64,000 nt of DNA, taken from assembly GCA_000092065.1 (NCBI GenBank), contig CP000597.1, one strand, 5' to 3'. The position numbers and the translations under genes are program-made. Shown piece after piece: positions 1-8,983 of this stretch; position 1 is the stretch's first letter, and each line of letters opens with the position of its first letter. Source of the DNA: Ostreococcus lucimarinus. Taxonomy: Eukaryota. A model generated the notes under the pieces. It made no database searches. It was given only the letters and a program-made list of their open reading frames with translations, and was not told where the DNA came from.

Positions 1-661
1 CGGATGCGCGTCGCCTCGAGCGGGCACAAGAAGACGTCGGCGATGAACTCGGCCACCGCGGCGGAGCCGAGGTAGATGGTGTTACGGTTATTCCACGCCT
101 CCCGTTCGGTCATGCTTTGCGCGGCGTTGATCTTGAAGTATTCAACACCACCGAACTTGAACCAACCTTGGATAAAATAACCCACCGCCGTCGGACCGAG
201 ACCGGTGAGCAAAGCCCCGGCGCCTTCCTCGGCAATCACCTTGGAGAAGCCAGACACCATACCGCCGTACTTGGACGGATCCAATTGCATGCGCGTCTGT
301 ACCGATATAAAATTAAATCACGCTCGTCAGTCGATATTCGCACCGCACGCGACGTCGCGCGCGCGTCCGTCGTCGTCGACGCCCCGTCGAGCGCTCGCTC
401 GCTCGTCGATTCATCCATCGCGGTTCGCGCGCGCGCCTCCGAGCGCACCTTGACCACATCCACCGGCGTCACCGCCCCGTGCGTGAACCCACAGCAGATC
501 CCGCCCGAGAGCGCTCCCCGAAGGTAATAATCCAGCGTGTACTCCTTCTTCGACGCCGCCGCGAACGCCGGATTCGCGTTTCGTTCCTTCAGCGCGCCCA
601 GCGTCGCCGTCGGCGCGTACAGGCTCGCCGGCGTCGCCCGCTTGATGAATTCTTGAAGCAT
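1..661 (-). CDS. Mitochondrial phosphate carrier (SLC25A3/PiC-like), 5' part of gene. Two exons, 449..661 and 1..296, separated by a 152-nt intron. The gene continues past the window start.
   Basis: Exon 1 (ORF 236..661 minus) gives ...YYLRGALSGGICCGFTHGAVTPVDVVK, the PiC TM1 signature. A different frame of the reverse complement of 1..296 gives TRMQLDPSKYGGMVSGFSKVIAEEGAGALLTGLGPTAVGYFIQGWFKFGGVEYFKINAA...AVAEFIADVFLCPLEATRIR, which continues the human PiC alignment (CRMQVDPQKY...). The frame switch is bridged by GT(gcgc)...(ac)AG. Confidence 0.8.
297..448 (-). other. Spliceosomal intron (GT...AG, phase 0) in the phosphate carrier gene.
   Basis: Donor GTGCGC lies immediately after codon K (449..451). 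Acceptor ACAG precedes ACG CGC ATG CAA TTG (T R M Q L). Splicing restores the conserved PiC sequence across the junction. Confidence 0.75.
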
Positions 662-1060
662 CTGCGTCGTCGCGCCGTCCGAACGTTCGCGCGCGCGTCA
701 GTCGCTCCGCGCGCGCGTAAGATGCGCGCGATCTATCGGGACACCGCGCGCGCGCGATCGCGTCGCTCGCGTCGCGCCCTCGCGCCGCGCGCGCGCGTCG
801 CGCGCGTCGATCGCGCGCGCGTCGTCGCGTCGCCCTCGCGCGCGCGCGCCGCGTCGAAACGCGCACCGTGATGGTTCGTCGAGGAGTGTCGCGCGCGCCG
901 CGCGTCGTCGCCGCCGTCGTCGACCGCGTCCGCGTCGCCTCGCGAACGACGCGCCGAGGTTCAAATCGTCGCGTCGATCGACGGCGCGAGGTTCGAGGCG
1001 CGACCGGCGAACCCGGACCGACCGACGGACCGACCGACGCGCGCGGCAGACGCGCGCGCG

Positions 1061-1882
1061 ATGGCGCGCGACGGCGCGGGCGACGGCGCGTCGCGCGCGA
1101 GCGCGCGCGCGTACGTGTTCGATCTCGACGGCACGCTGTACGCGATCGCGAACGGGTACGAGGCGGCGTGTCGACGACGCGTGTACGAATTCATGGCGAC
1201 GCGGTGCGCGGGCGTCGACGACGTCGCGGAGGCGCGCGTCGTGTGGGAAAAATGGTTCAAGAGGTATAATCAAACGCTGCGAGCGCTGCGACACGGCGCG
1301 GGGTACGAGTTCGACGCGGCGGAGTATTGGCGATTCACGCGCGGCGACGCGCGCGAGCACCTCGCGCCGAGCGCGGACGTGCGCGCGTTCGTCGAATCGT
1401 TACCGGGCGGGCGAGAGAATAAGTACGTGTTCACGAATTGCAACGAGACGCAGGCGCTGGAGGCGCTGGAGGCGCTCGGGTTGCGAGACTGTTTCGCGGA
1501 CCGCGTCTTCGGCGCGGGAGGCATGGGAGAGTGCTGCAAACCCGAACGCGAGGCGTTTGAAAAGTTCTTCGCGTTTTGCGGCGTCGACGTCGCGGACGCG
1601 TCGGAGTGCGTGTTTTTCGAGGACTCGCTCAAAAACTTGCGCGCGGCGAAGGAGATTTTCGGGATGACGACCGTGCTCGTCGCCGGCGAGACGTTTTACG
1701 AGGAGACGCGCGACGCGAAGACCGACGTCGCGGACGCGGCGCCGTCTTATGTCGATCTCGTGCCGTCTTACGTCGATCTCGTCGTTCACGGCGGCGAATT
1801 GACCGAGCGCGCCGTTTCTCGCGCGCTGCGCGACGTTCCGAGCGCCGCGCGCTGTCGCGTCGCGCTCGGTCTGGACGCCTGA
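1061..1882 (+). CDS. HAD-superfamily hydrolase, subfamily IA (pyrimidine 5'-nucleotidase/SDT1-like).
   Basis: Motif I VFDLDGTLY. Downstream are K...E(R/A)F and a C-terminal FFEDS...N motif typical of HAD-IA. Composition is non-biased. A 21-bp tandem duplication at 1741-1782 encodes PSYVDLV twice. Confidence 0.7.
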   Translation: MARDGAGDGASRASARAYVFDLDGTLYAIANGYEAACRRRVYEFMATRCAGVDDVAEARVVWEKWFKRYNQTLRALRHGAGYEFDAAEYWRFTRGDAREHLAPSADVRAFVESLPGGRENKYVFTNCNETQALEALEALGLRDCFADRVFGAGGMGECCKPEREAFEKFFAFCGVDVADASECVFFEDSLKNLRAAKEIFGMTTVLVAGETFYEETRDAKTDVADAAPSYVDLVPSYVDLVVHGGELTERAVSRALRDVPSAARCRVALGLDA

Positions 1883-2133
1883 TGTCCGAGAAAGTATTTA
1901 TATCATTGTTTCATCTGTATGCCTATACCCGTATGTCCGAACTACTATGTTATCCTACACGTACCCCTCTGCATCCACATAGCACTAAATCATCCCCCAT
2001 ACTGTTCCGGCATTCGCTATCCGCGTCACGATTGCCCTCGCCGCGCACCGCCCCGCACACGCGCGCGCGACCGCTCGCGCGCACGCTCGCCCATCGGAGC
2101 GCGCGACCGACGTTTCCCTCGTCCGCTCGAGCG

Positions 2134-4422
2134 ATGCGCGTCGCCCGCGAGCGCGTCCTCGCGCCCCGCGCGCCGCTTCGCGCCTCGCGCGCGCGCGCGC
2201 GCCGTCTCCACCGCGCGCGCCCGCGCGCGCTCGACCGCGTCGACGGCGCGAGCGATCCGGGCAAGCGACCGGAGCACGAGCGCGAAGAATTTCGCTCCAC
2301 GGATTTGACGCCTCGAAGCGCGCGCTTCGCGGTCGATCGCGACGGGGCGAGCGCGTTTTTGGATCGCGGGAGCGCGGCGCGTCGCGACGGGGCGAACGAC
2401 GGCGCGAGCGACGACGGCGACGGCGCGCGCGAGGGCGAGCGAGAGCAGACGGAGCAGAGATTTATGGCGGACGCCAGCGATCCGTTCGCGGCGGCGTCGG
2501 ACGCGGCGACGGCGCGGTTGAGGGCGCGACTGACGCGGAGCGGCGCGGGGGCGACGACGCGAGGCGACGACGGAGCGACGACGGAGCGACGACGAAGCGA
2601 CGCGGACGTGGTGTCGAGGTTTGATGATTTGGAGATTGAGGCGAGTGCGTTGGAGGCGCTGGAGGCGCAGCTTGAGGATGCGATTGAGAGTGAAGATTAC
2701 GCGAGCGCGGCGTCGTTGAAGCGGGCGGCGGATGCGCTGCGAGCGAGCGACGATACGGGACAAATGTGCGAGGCGTACGCGAAGGCGATCGCTGAGGATA
2801 GGTTTGAAGACGCCGTACGGTTGAGAGACGCTGGTGTGGGGCTGTGTGGATGGTGGGCGGGGATGGAGGAGGTGCCGCAGGGTGAGGACGACGGGGAGCG
2901 CGCGGAGGGAGACGAAGCGCGCGAGCATCCGACGGGGGTGATTATGAGGATATCTCGCGAGCACGGACGACTCGTGGGATCGACGTATTCGTCTCGAGAC
3001 TTGGCTGATATCGTGGAACTAAATAAAGCGTACCCGAAAGGGTACGATTACGACGCTGGACAGCCGGTGATGGAGATTATGTTGCAGGAGGACGCCGACG
3101 CCGCGGGTGGGTTTCGTCGCGACGTCATGCGGTTAAACTACATCCCGGTTTCGATTCCTCTCGTCGATGACGACGAGGAGGAGGAAACGACGTCGTCGGA
3201 AGCTTTGATTGAAGGCGGTGTCGGATTCATCGCGACGCAGAGCGAGTCTACGTCGTCGACCGCAGTCGTGGACGACGCGACGGCGGCGGCGGATGTCGAA
3301 GACGCGCTTCGCGGCGCCGCTCGCGAAGACATCGAAAGCGTCAAGGAAGAAATCAAAGCCAAGCTTCTCGGGCTCGATCCTTCGAGTGGAAAGACGCGCG
3401 ATGACGCGCTTGAAGAGATTGGTGCGATGTTGGATAAGTTTAACGACGCCATCAACGCAGAGGATGACGACGACGACGACGACGACGAGACGCTGTACGA
3501 CATCAAGCGTACCACGGCGGCGTTGCATCAAGAGGGTTTGCACGCGTTCGTGCTCACGAGCGACAACGAAATGTTATCTCTCGATGACGACGACGACGAC
3601 GACGGCGACGACCGCAGACCGTTCTCTCACGCGCTGGATAAGGAGATCGAAGGCTTCTTGGCCACAAAGTGGGAGAGCATGGTGCCCAACGCTGACGCGA
3701 CGGCGTCGCGAGGCTTGGGCGCTGGATCGCACACGGCTCTCGTGAACGCGGTGAAAGAGGCCGCGCAAGAGATGTTTGCGAGTCAAGACGAAAATGACGA
3801 AGATTTGGACGAGGAGTACTTTGGAGAAGGCGACGATGACGACGAAGACGTCGACGAGGTGAGCGCCGAGGAATTACTCGCGCTCATCGGTCAAGACGCC
3901 GTCTTGCACCGCCCGCTTCCGGGTCGAGTGCGATTTCAGCGCATCGATCCGCGCCTGGCGTCGGGTTCGCGAAACGATGTCTTCGACGGGCTTTATATCG
4001 GTGCTTTTGGCCCGCACGGTCCGGAAGTTTTGCGCATGGTTCGCGGGCGCTGGGGCGACGACGTCGGCGAGTCAAACGAGTGCGTCACCGCCGTCAAGCT
4101 CACGGGCGACGAAAACGTCCCGTGCGGCGCCGCGAGTTTCCGCGCCAAAGTGAGCAAGGAAAACTTAATCACCGAAGGCAGCTCTTATCCCGATGAGCTC
4201 GGCGTGTTGGCGAGATACAAGGGCGAAGGCCGCGTCGCCAAGCCCGGGTTCGCCGACTCGCACTGGGTCGAGGGTGAACTCTTGGTCTTGAACGGCAAGG
4301 GTGGATCTCTCACCGGCGGTGCCGAGCTCGGTTTCGTCTGGGCCGTCCCGGGTGAGCGAAGATTACTCATCTTATTCTCTTCGCTCGTCCTTCCGGACGT
4401 CGACGTCGCCAAGACGCGCTAA
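2134..4422 (+). CDS. EXECUTER-like protein (UVR motif plus C-terminal DUF3506-like domain), probably plastid-targeted. Start is uncertain (alternative ATG at 2464).
   Basis: UVR-type motif DDLEIEASALEALEAQLEDAIESEDYASAASLKRAADALRASDD. Long acidic low-complexity linkers. The C-terminal domain ...FDGLYIGAFGPHGPEVLRMVRGRWG...CVTAVKLTGDENVPCGAASFRAK... resembles the EXECUTER DUF3506 region. The N-terminus is R/A-rich and transit-peptide-like. The listed ORF start at 1576 overlaps the HAD gene in another frame and is not real. Confidence 0.5.
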   Translation: MRVARERVLAPRAPLRASRARARRLHRARPRALDRVDGASDPGKRPEHEREEFRSTDLTPRSARFAVDRDGASAFLDRGSAARRDGANDGASDDGDGAREGEREQTEQRFMADASDPFAAASDAATARLRARLTRSGAGATTRGDDGATTERRRSDADVVSRFDDLEIEASALEALEAQLEDAIESEDYASAASLKRAADALRASDDTGQMCEAYAKAIAEDRFEDAVRLRDAGVGLCGWWAGMEEVPQGEDDGERAEGDEAREHPTGVIMRISREHGRLVGSTYSSRDLADIVELNKAYPKGYDYDAGQPVMEIMLQEDADAAGGFRRDVMRLNYIPVSIPLVDDDEEEETTSSEALIEGGVGFIATQSESTSSTAVVDDATAAADVEDALRGAAREDIESVKEEIKAKLLGLDPSSGKTRDDALEEIGAMLDKFNDAINAEDDDDDDDDETLYDIKRTTAALHQEGLHAFVLTSDNEMLSLDDDDDDDGDDRRPFSHALDKEIEGFLATKWESMVPNADATASRGLGAGSHTALVNAVKEAAQEMFASQDENDEDLDEEYFGEGDDDDEDVDEVSAEELLALIGQDAVLHRPLPGRVRFQRIDPRLASGSRNDVFDGLYIGAFGPHGPEVLRMVRGRWGDDVGESNECVTAVKLTGDENVPCGAASFRAKVSKENLITEGSSYPDELGVLARYKGEGRVAKPGFADSHWVEGELLVLNGKGGSLTGGAELGFVWAVPGERRLLILFSSLVLPDVDVAKTR

Positions 4423-4652
4423 ATATTCTGCAATCAAAACGGCGACGCCTTCGTCGCTGACCACTAACGAGTAACCATTCTTTTCTCAGCACCAAGTCAC
4501 GCGCGCGCGAGCATATTTTTTGTATTGCATTTTTGCATTAGAAGAGTGTTGTAACAACATAAACTCTGTTTCTTAAAAACTTTTGCTCGTTTACTTACAA
4601 CCCCGCGCGCGAGCGCCTTCGCGGCGACGACGCCATTATCACTAAAATCTCT

Positions 4653-5192
4653 CTACTTCGCGTTCGGGTTGGCGGCCAAATAACTCACCGCCTCCGGAAT
4701 CGACTGTATCTTATCCGCCTCCGCGTCCGGGATCTCCACCGCGAATTCCTCCTCCATCGCCATGACCACCTCCACGGTGTCCAACGAATCCAGCCCGAGA
4801 TCGCCCGCGAACGCCGACGTCGCCGTCACCTTGCTCGCGTCCACCTTTGCGAAGTTCTTCACCACGCTCACCACGCGCGCCGTGACTTCGTCCTCGTTCA
4901 AAAATCCCGCGCCGTACGCCCGGCACGCGCTCTGCGTCGTCGCGCGCCCCGCGTTTCCATCGTCAGTCTCGACGCGTAGGGTTGATCGATCGTCCATCGT
5001 TCGCGCGCGCGTCTTCGCCGTCGCGCGCGTCGCTCGGCGCGCGCGTCGCCGTCGGCGCGCACCGCGATCGTTTGAGGCGCGCGTCGCCCGCCTCGAAGCG
5101 CGTCGCGCCACGCGCGGTTCGTGAGCTGTCGTCGAAACATGATGATCGCGTCGCGATGTGCCGCCGCGATCGCGTCGAAGCGCGCCGCGCAT
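4653..5192 (-). CDS. Mitochondrial acyl carrier protein (ACP), with a presequence.
   Basis: C-terminal ...KVTATSAFAGDLGLDSLDTVEVVMAMEEEFAVEIPDAEADKIQSIPEAVSYLAANP carries the canonical phosphopantetheine-attachment DSL motif and the ACP helix pattern. The N-terminus is R-rich and presequence-like. An alternative ATG lies at 4997. Confidence 0.8.
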   Translation of the reverse strand: MRGALRRDRGGTSRRDHHVSTTAHEPRVARRASRRATRASNDRGARRRRRARRATRATAKTRARTMDDRSTLRVETDDGNAGRATTQSACRAYGAGFLNEDEVTARVVSVVKNFAKVDASKVTATSAFAGDLGLDSLDTVEVVMAMEEEFAVEIPDAEADKIQSIPEAVSYLAANPNAK

Positions 5193-5245
5193 CGCGACGC
5201 GACGGCGCGCACGCGTCGTCGCGCGCGATCGCGATCGCGAAAATA

Positions 5246-6295
5246 ATGCGCCGTCGATCGGACGCGCGTCGCGGGGCGCGCGCGCGACGCGCGACGGTCC
5301 TGGCGGCGATGACGTCGGCGGCGTGTCTCGTCCACGCGGTGCGAACGCGCGCGTTCGGCGCGCGCGCGGACGCGGACGACGCGCTCGTCGCGGTCGGAGA
5401 CGCGCACGGGGACCCGGACGCGATGTTCGAGGCGCTGGCGCTCGCGGGGGTGACGCGCGAGCGCGGGCGAGGGTGGTGGCGACGGCCGGGCGAGGGCGCC
5501 GGCGCGCGCGCGACGTGCGTGCAGACGGGCGACTTGGTGGACCGAGGCGAGCGGTCGATCGAGGCCGTGGACGAGGTCGAGCGGTTGACGCGAGAGGCGA
5601 ACGCGGTCGGGGATGAGTTCGTGAGCTTGCTGGGGAATCACGAGCTGATGACGCTGCAGGGGGATCACAGGTTCGCGTCGCGGGACGAGCTGACGGCGCT
5701 CGGGCGGTCGGAGCTCGAACGCGAGGGCGTGGTGGAGGCGGATAAGGGCGTGGGGTTGGGCGTGCGGGCGTACTTTTACGCGGGGAAGTTGAAGTGGCGT
5801 CAGACGTTCGCGAAAGGGTCGACGCGAGGGGACGTTCTGCGGGAGAAGCCGTGGGCGGCGGTGCGAGGACGCGGACGATGCGCGACGGCGTTTTCGCACG
5901 CGGGACTGTTGCCCGAACACTTATTCGGGAGAGACGACGTCGACGAACTCAACGCGCGCGGGGCGAAGCTTTTGGCGGTGGATGAAGTCGGACGCGACGA
6001 TCCTTTACTGCTCGACCGCGGGCCGATGTGGACGAGGACGATTTCCATGGGCGACGAGTCGGAGGCGTGCGCGCTCGCCGCAGAGGTGATTCGTCGACTC
6101 GGCGTTCGGCGCATGGTCGTAGGTCACACCGTGACAAAGAGCGGTAAAATAGAAACGCGGTGCGATGGTTTGATTCACATGATCGATGTCGGCATGTCCA
6201 AGGCGTACGGAGGCTCGCCGAGCGTTTGGATGTGCACGGAGAGCGAAGGGCCGATGGCGATTTCGCGCGACAGTCGCGTTCCACTCGAGAATTAG
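5246..6295 (+). CDS. Calcineurin-like metallophosphoesterase (Shewanella-like PPP phosphatase, SLP type). Start is uncertain (upstream in-frame ATGs overlap the ACP gene).
   Basis: Conserved metal-binding motifs GDAHGD, GDLVDRGE, GNHE and a later VVGHT. The N-terminus (ATVLAAMTSAACLVHA) is signal/transit-like. Confidence 0.7.
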   Translation: MRRRSDARRGARARRATVLAAMTSAACLVHAVRTRAFGARADADDALVAVGDAHGDPDAMFEALALAGVTRERGRGWWRRPGEGAGARATCVQTGDLVDRGERSIEAVDEVERLTREANAVGDEFVSLLGNHELMTLQGDHRFASRDELTALGRSELEREGVVEADKGVGLGVRAYFYAGKLKWRQTFAKGSTRGDVLREKPWAAVRGRGRCATAFSHAGLLPEHLFGRDDVDELNARGAKLLAVDEVGRDDPLLLDRGPMWTRTISMGDESEACALAAEVIRRLGVRRMVVGHTVTKSGKIETRCDGLIHMIDVGMSKAYGGSPSVWMCTESEGPMAISRDSRVPLEN

Positions 6296-6361
6296 CGTAG
6301 TACAAGCGGTGTATTTTTTCACAATGGTTAGCTAGTCTAATAGCATGCGTATGCATCTAAA

Positions 6362-8263
6362 TCATTCGTCGATCTCGTGAGTTTTCGCGTCGGCGGCAAT
6401 CATTCGTCGAGCGTCGAAGATGCGCTTGAGGTTTTGCAGCGTATGTCGAGGTCCGACGGCGCTCAAACCGTGCGCGTTCAACAACTGCTCGAGATTTTTG
6501 TTCAGCAAAAACACACCGTAGGTGTATTTCGTTCGATCGCTCGGCGAGTCCATGAATAAGGGAAATTCTATGCGCGTGAGCGTCTTCTTCATCGCCGCGG
6601 CGTCAGCGCTGCCCGCTTTGGGCTTGACTTGATGAAAGTCGCAAATGTACGAACGACTGAGACTCGGACACACTGGATAACGAAGACGGACGTCGAGTAT
6701 GGCGGCGAGCTGAATACATATCTGCGCGATGTGACCGTACGCCGCCGCATCGCTCTCGAGATCTTCCACTGTCAGGGATTGCGTCTTCGACGGCGCCGGC
6801 CCGAGGTCCAGCGGCACGTCTCCGATTTGCAGCAGCGGATGTTCTCGTCGATTCGACGGGTCTTCAGGCGCGGATTCGATTGGAAAGATTTCAGCGAGAT
6901 CGCCCACTAATCGCCAGCGACGAGCGACGAGCGCCCGCTGCTTTTGGTACAACTTTCCTGTTCCATTTGGTCCGTTCAACGCGCGCTCCGCCTCGTCCAG
7001 ACGATCGTTCGCCTCGACGAGTTTCTCGCCCGCCTGACGCAGAGCTCGAATGCGTCGCCCGACGTCGTCCTTCATCAGCGCTAAACTTTCGCGCTCTTCG
7101 GCGAGCTCATTCGTCAGCGCGACGATGCGCTCGTCGGCGGTGATTCCGTCGTCGTTTGCCATGGACGCCGCCGCCGGCTTTTTGCAAATTCCCGCGGCGC
7201 CGCCGAAATCGCCCAACCGAGTTTGCATGCGCCTCGCCAATTCATCGCGCAAATCTCTCGCATCTTCCTCCGCACTCTTCGCCTCTATCACGTTTTCTAT
7301 CTTCGCCACCATCGCGCGCACGTCCACTTTCACCACGCTCTTCTTGTCCGCCGCGCGCGCCGACGCCGACGCCGTCGTCGGACTTCGCGAGCGACCGCCG
7401 CCGCCGAGGCGCTCGTCTTCCTCGTCCTCCGTGATGATCCGATCGATCACCGCCACCCCGTTCGACGCACCGCGCCGATGCTGACCACCGTTCTGTTCAT
7501 TCTTCGCCCGCACGGCGTCTATGAACGCTCGAACCGCGCGTCCCGACGCATCCGCCGCCGACGGCTCCGGCGAGTACACCCCCCCGTCGCTCAACCGCAA
7601 AAACACCGCGTTCGGCGGCATCGCCGTCCCGCTCGGCACGCGATTCCCCAGCCGCACCAACCGCGTCAGATCGATCGCCGCGCGACATATCAACACATCG
7701 CTCGTCGTCTCCCCGCCCGCGTCTCCCTCTCGCGTCGTTCGCAAGCCCTCGCCGCGGCGCCATCGCGCGCCGCTCGCGCGCGCGCTTCCCGCCTTCGCCG
7801 TCTCACCACCCCTCGCGCCCTCGCGCCCGTCCGCGCGCGCGCCGTACACGCACAGCTCGAATTTCGTTCCATCGCGCGTTCCGAGACGCTCGGACGCGCG
7901 TCCGAGCTCGATCGCGACGTCCCAATCCGGATTTAATCCTCGCTCGCCGCGCGCCGTCTCGCTCGCGAACGCCTCGCGCGCCGCGAATCGATCTCCCTCG
8001 TCCTCGCCGTCGTCGTCCACGCACACCTCGCCGTACGGCGTCGGCGCGTACACCGCGCCTCGCGCGCGGTGCGGTCGCAGCGTGCAGTACGTCCCGAGCG
8101 GCGCGACGTCGCGCGCGAATCCGTCGCCGTCGCGCGCATCGCGATTCGCGAATCGTTCACCATTCGCGCTCGGAACGCGCAGATTCCGCGCCGCGACGCC
8201 GCGCACGTGCCTGAGCGCGACGCGCGGCGCGTACCACGCGTCCTCGCCCCCCCCCGCGCGCAT
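6362..8263 (-). CDS. UVRAG/Atg14-family protein (Vps38-like class III PI3K complex subunit) with an N-terminal C2-like region and a central coiled coil. Start is uncertain.
   Basis: The long coiled coil (ADERIVALTNELAEERESLALMKDDVGRRIRALRQAGEKLVEANDRLDEAE) is followed by a conserved C-terminal block ...RIEFPLFMDSPSDRTKYTYGVFLLNKNLEQLL..., which resembles the UVRAG/Atg14 C-terminal domain. The N-terminal beta-rich region is C2-like. Confidence 0.45.
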   Translation of the reverse strand: MRAGGGEDAWYAPRVALRHVRGVAARNLRVPSANGERFANRDARDGDGFARDVAPLGTYCTLRPHRARGAVYAPTPYGEVCVDDDGEDEGDRFAAREAFASETARGERGLNPDWDVAIELGRASERLGTRDGTKFELCVYGARADGREGARGGETAKAGSARASGARWRRGEGLRTTREGDAGGETTSDVLICRAAIDLTRLVRLGNRVPSGTAMPPNAVFLRLSDGGVYSPEPSAADASGRAVRAFIDAVRAKNEQNGGQHRRGASNGVAVIDRIITEDEEDERLGGGGRSRSPTTASASARAADKKSVVKVDVRAMVAKIENVIEAKSAEEDARDLRDELARRMQTRLGDFGGAAGICKKPAAASMANDDGITADERIVALTNELAEERESLALMKDDVGRRIRALRQAGEKLVEANDRLDEAERALNGPNGTGKLYQKQRALVARRWRLVGDLAEIFPIESAPEDPSNRREHPLLQIGDVPLDLGPAPSKTQSLTVEDLESDAAAYGHIAQICIQLAAILDVRLRYPVCPSLSRSYICDFHQVKPKAGSADAAAMKKTLTRIEFPLFMDSPSDRTKYTYGVFLLNKNLEQLLNAHGLSAVGPRHTLQNLKRIFDARRMIAADAKTHEIDE

Positions 8264-8339
8264 TCAACGACGCATGCCGACGAACGGTACGAGATTCAAG
8301 CGTCACAATTTGCCGCGTTCGCGCGAGCGTCGCCCAAAC

Positions 8340-8927
8340 ATGCCCTCGCCGTCGTCCGCGGCGCCGTCCGCGCGCGCGTGCGTCGATCTCATCGCGCGGG
8401 CGGGAAAGCTCAAGGCGCTCAGGCGCGCGGGATGGGTCCAGCGCGGCGTGCGCGACGCGGAATCCGTCGCCGAACACTCGTGGAGAGTCGCGCTCATGAC
8501 GATGCTCGCCGCGGATCGCGACGACGCGTGCGATTCGGGGCGCGCGGTCGCGATGGCGCTCGTCCACGACCTCGCGGAGGCCGTCGTGGGAGACATCACG
8601 CCGAACGACGGCGTGAGCGACGAAGAGAAGGCGGCGATGGAGCGGGAGGCGATGGGGACGATGACGGCGGCGCTGGGCGCGCGAGGCGAGGCGTTGATGG
8701 CGCTGTGGGAAGAGTACGAGGCGGGAGAGAGCGCCGAGGCGAGGCTGGTGAAGGATATGGATAAGTTGGAGATGATCGCGCAGGCGATGGAGTACGAGAC
8801 GGAGGAGAACACGGGGAGGGGGGAGGATTTGGAAGAGTTTTTCGAGAGCACGCGAGGACGGTATCGAACGGCGACGGGCGAGGCGTGGAGCGAGGAAATC
8901 GAGCGACGTCGACCGCGGGCGGGGTAA
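8340..8927 (+). CDS. HD-domain phosphohydrolase (HDDC2/YfbR-like 5'-deoxynucleotidase). Alternative ATG at 8274.
   Basis: ...KLKALRRAGWVQRGVRDAESVAEHSWRVALMTML...AMALVHDLAEAVVGDITP...KDMDKLEMIAQAMEYE matches the HDDC2 motifs (H...HD...D). Confidence 0.75.
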   Translation: MPSPSSAAPSARACVDLIARAGKLKALRRAGWVQRGVRDAESVAEHSWRVALMTMLAADRDDACDSGRAVAMALVHDLAEAVVGDITPNDGVSDEEKAAMEREAMGTMTAALGARGEALMALWEEYEAGESAEARLVKDMDKLEMIAQAMEYETEENTGRGEDLEEFFESTRGRYRTATGEAWSEEIERRRPRAG

Positions 8928-8983
8928 AAGTACACGTAGGATGTAATACATCGTCGTCGAGATCGTGACGCGCGGGTGCGCGG

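Noticed and set aside
2026-2964. 312-aa minus-strand ORF, and the 5' extension of ORF 1576..4422 back to 1576.
   Set aside because: R/A-rich and antisense to the EXECUTER-like gene. The 1576-2133 part overlaps the HAD gene in another frame and is R-rich (MRRRRRGRVGVRV...).
4898-5920. 340-aa minus-strand ORF.
   Set aside because: Antisense to the metallophosphoesterase gene. R/P-rich junk.
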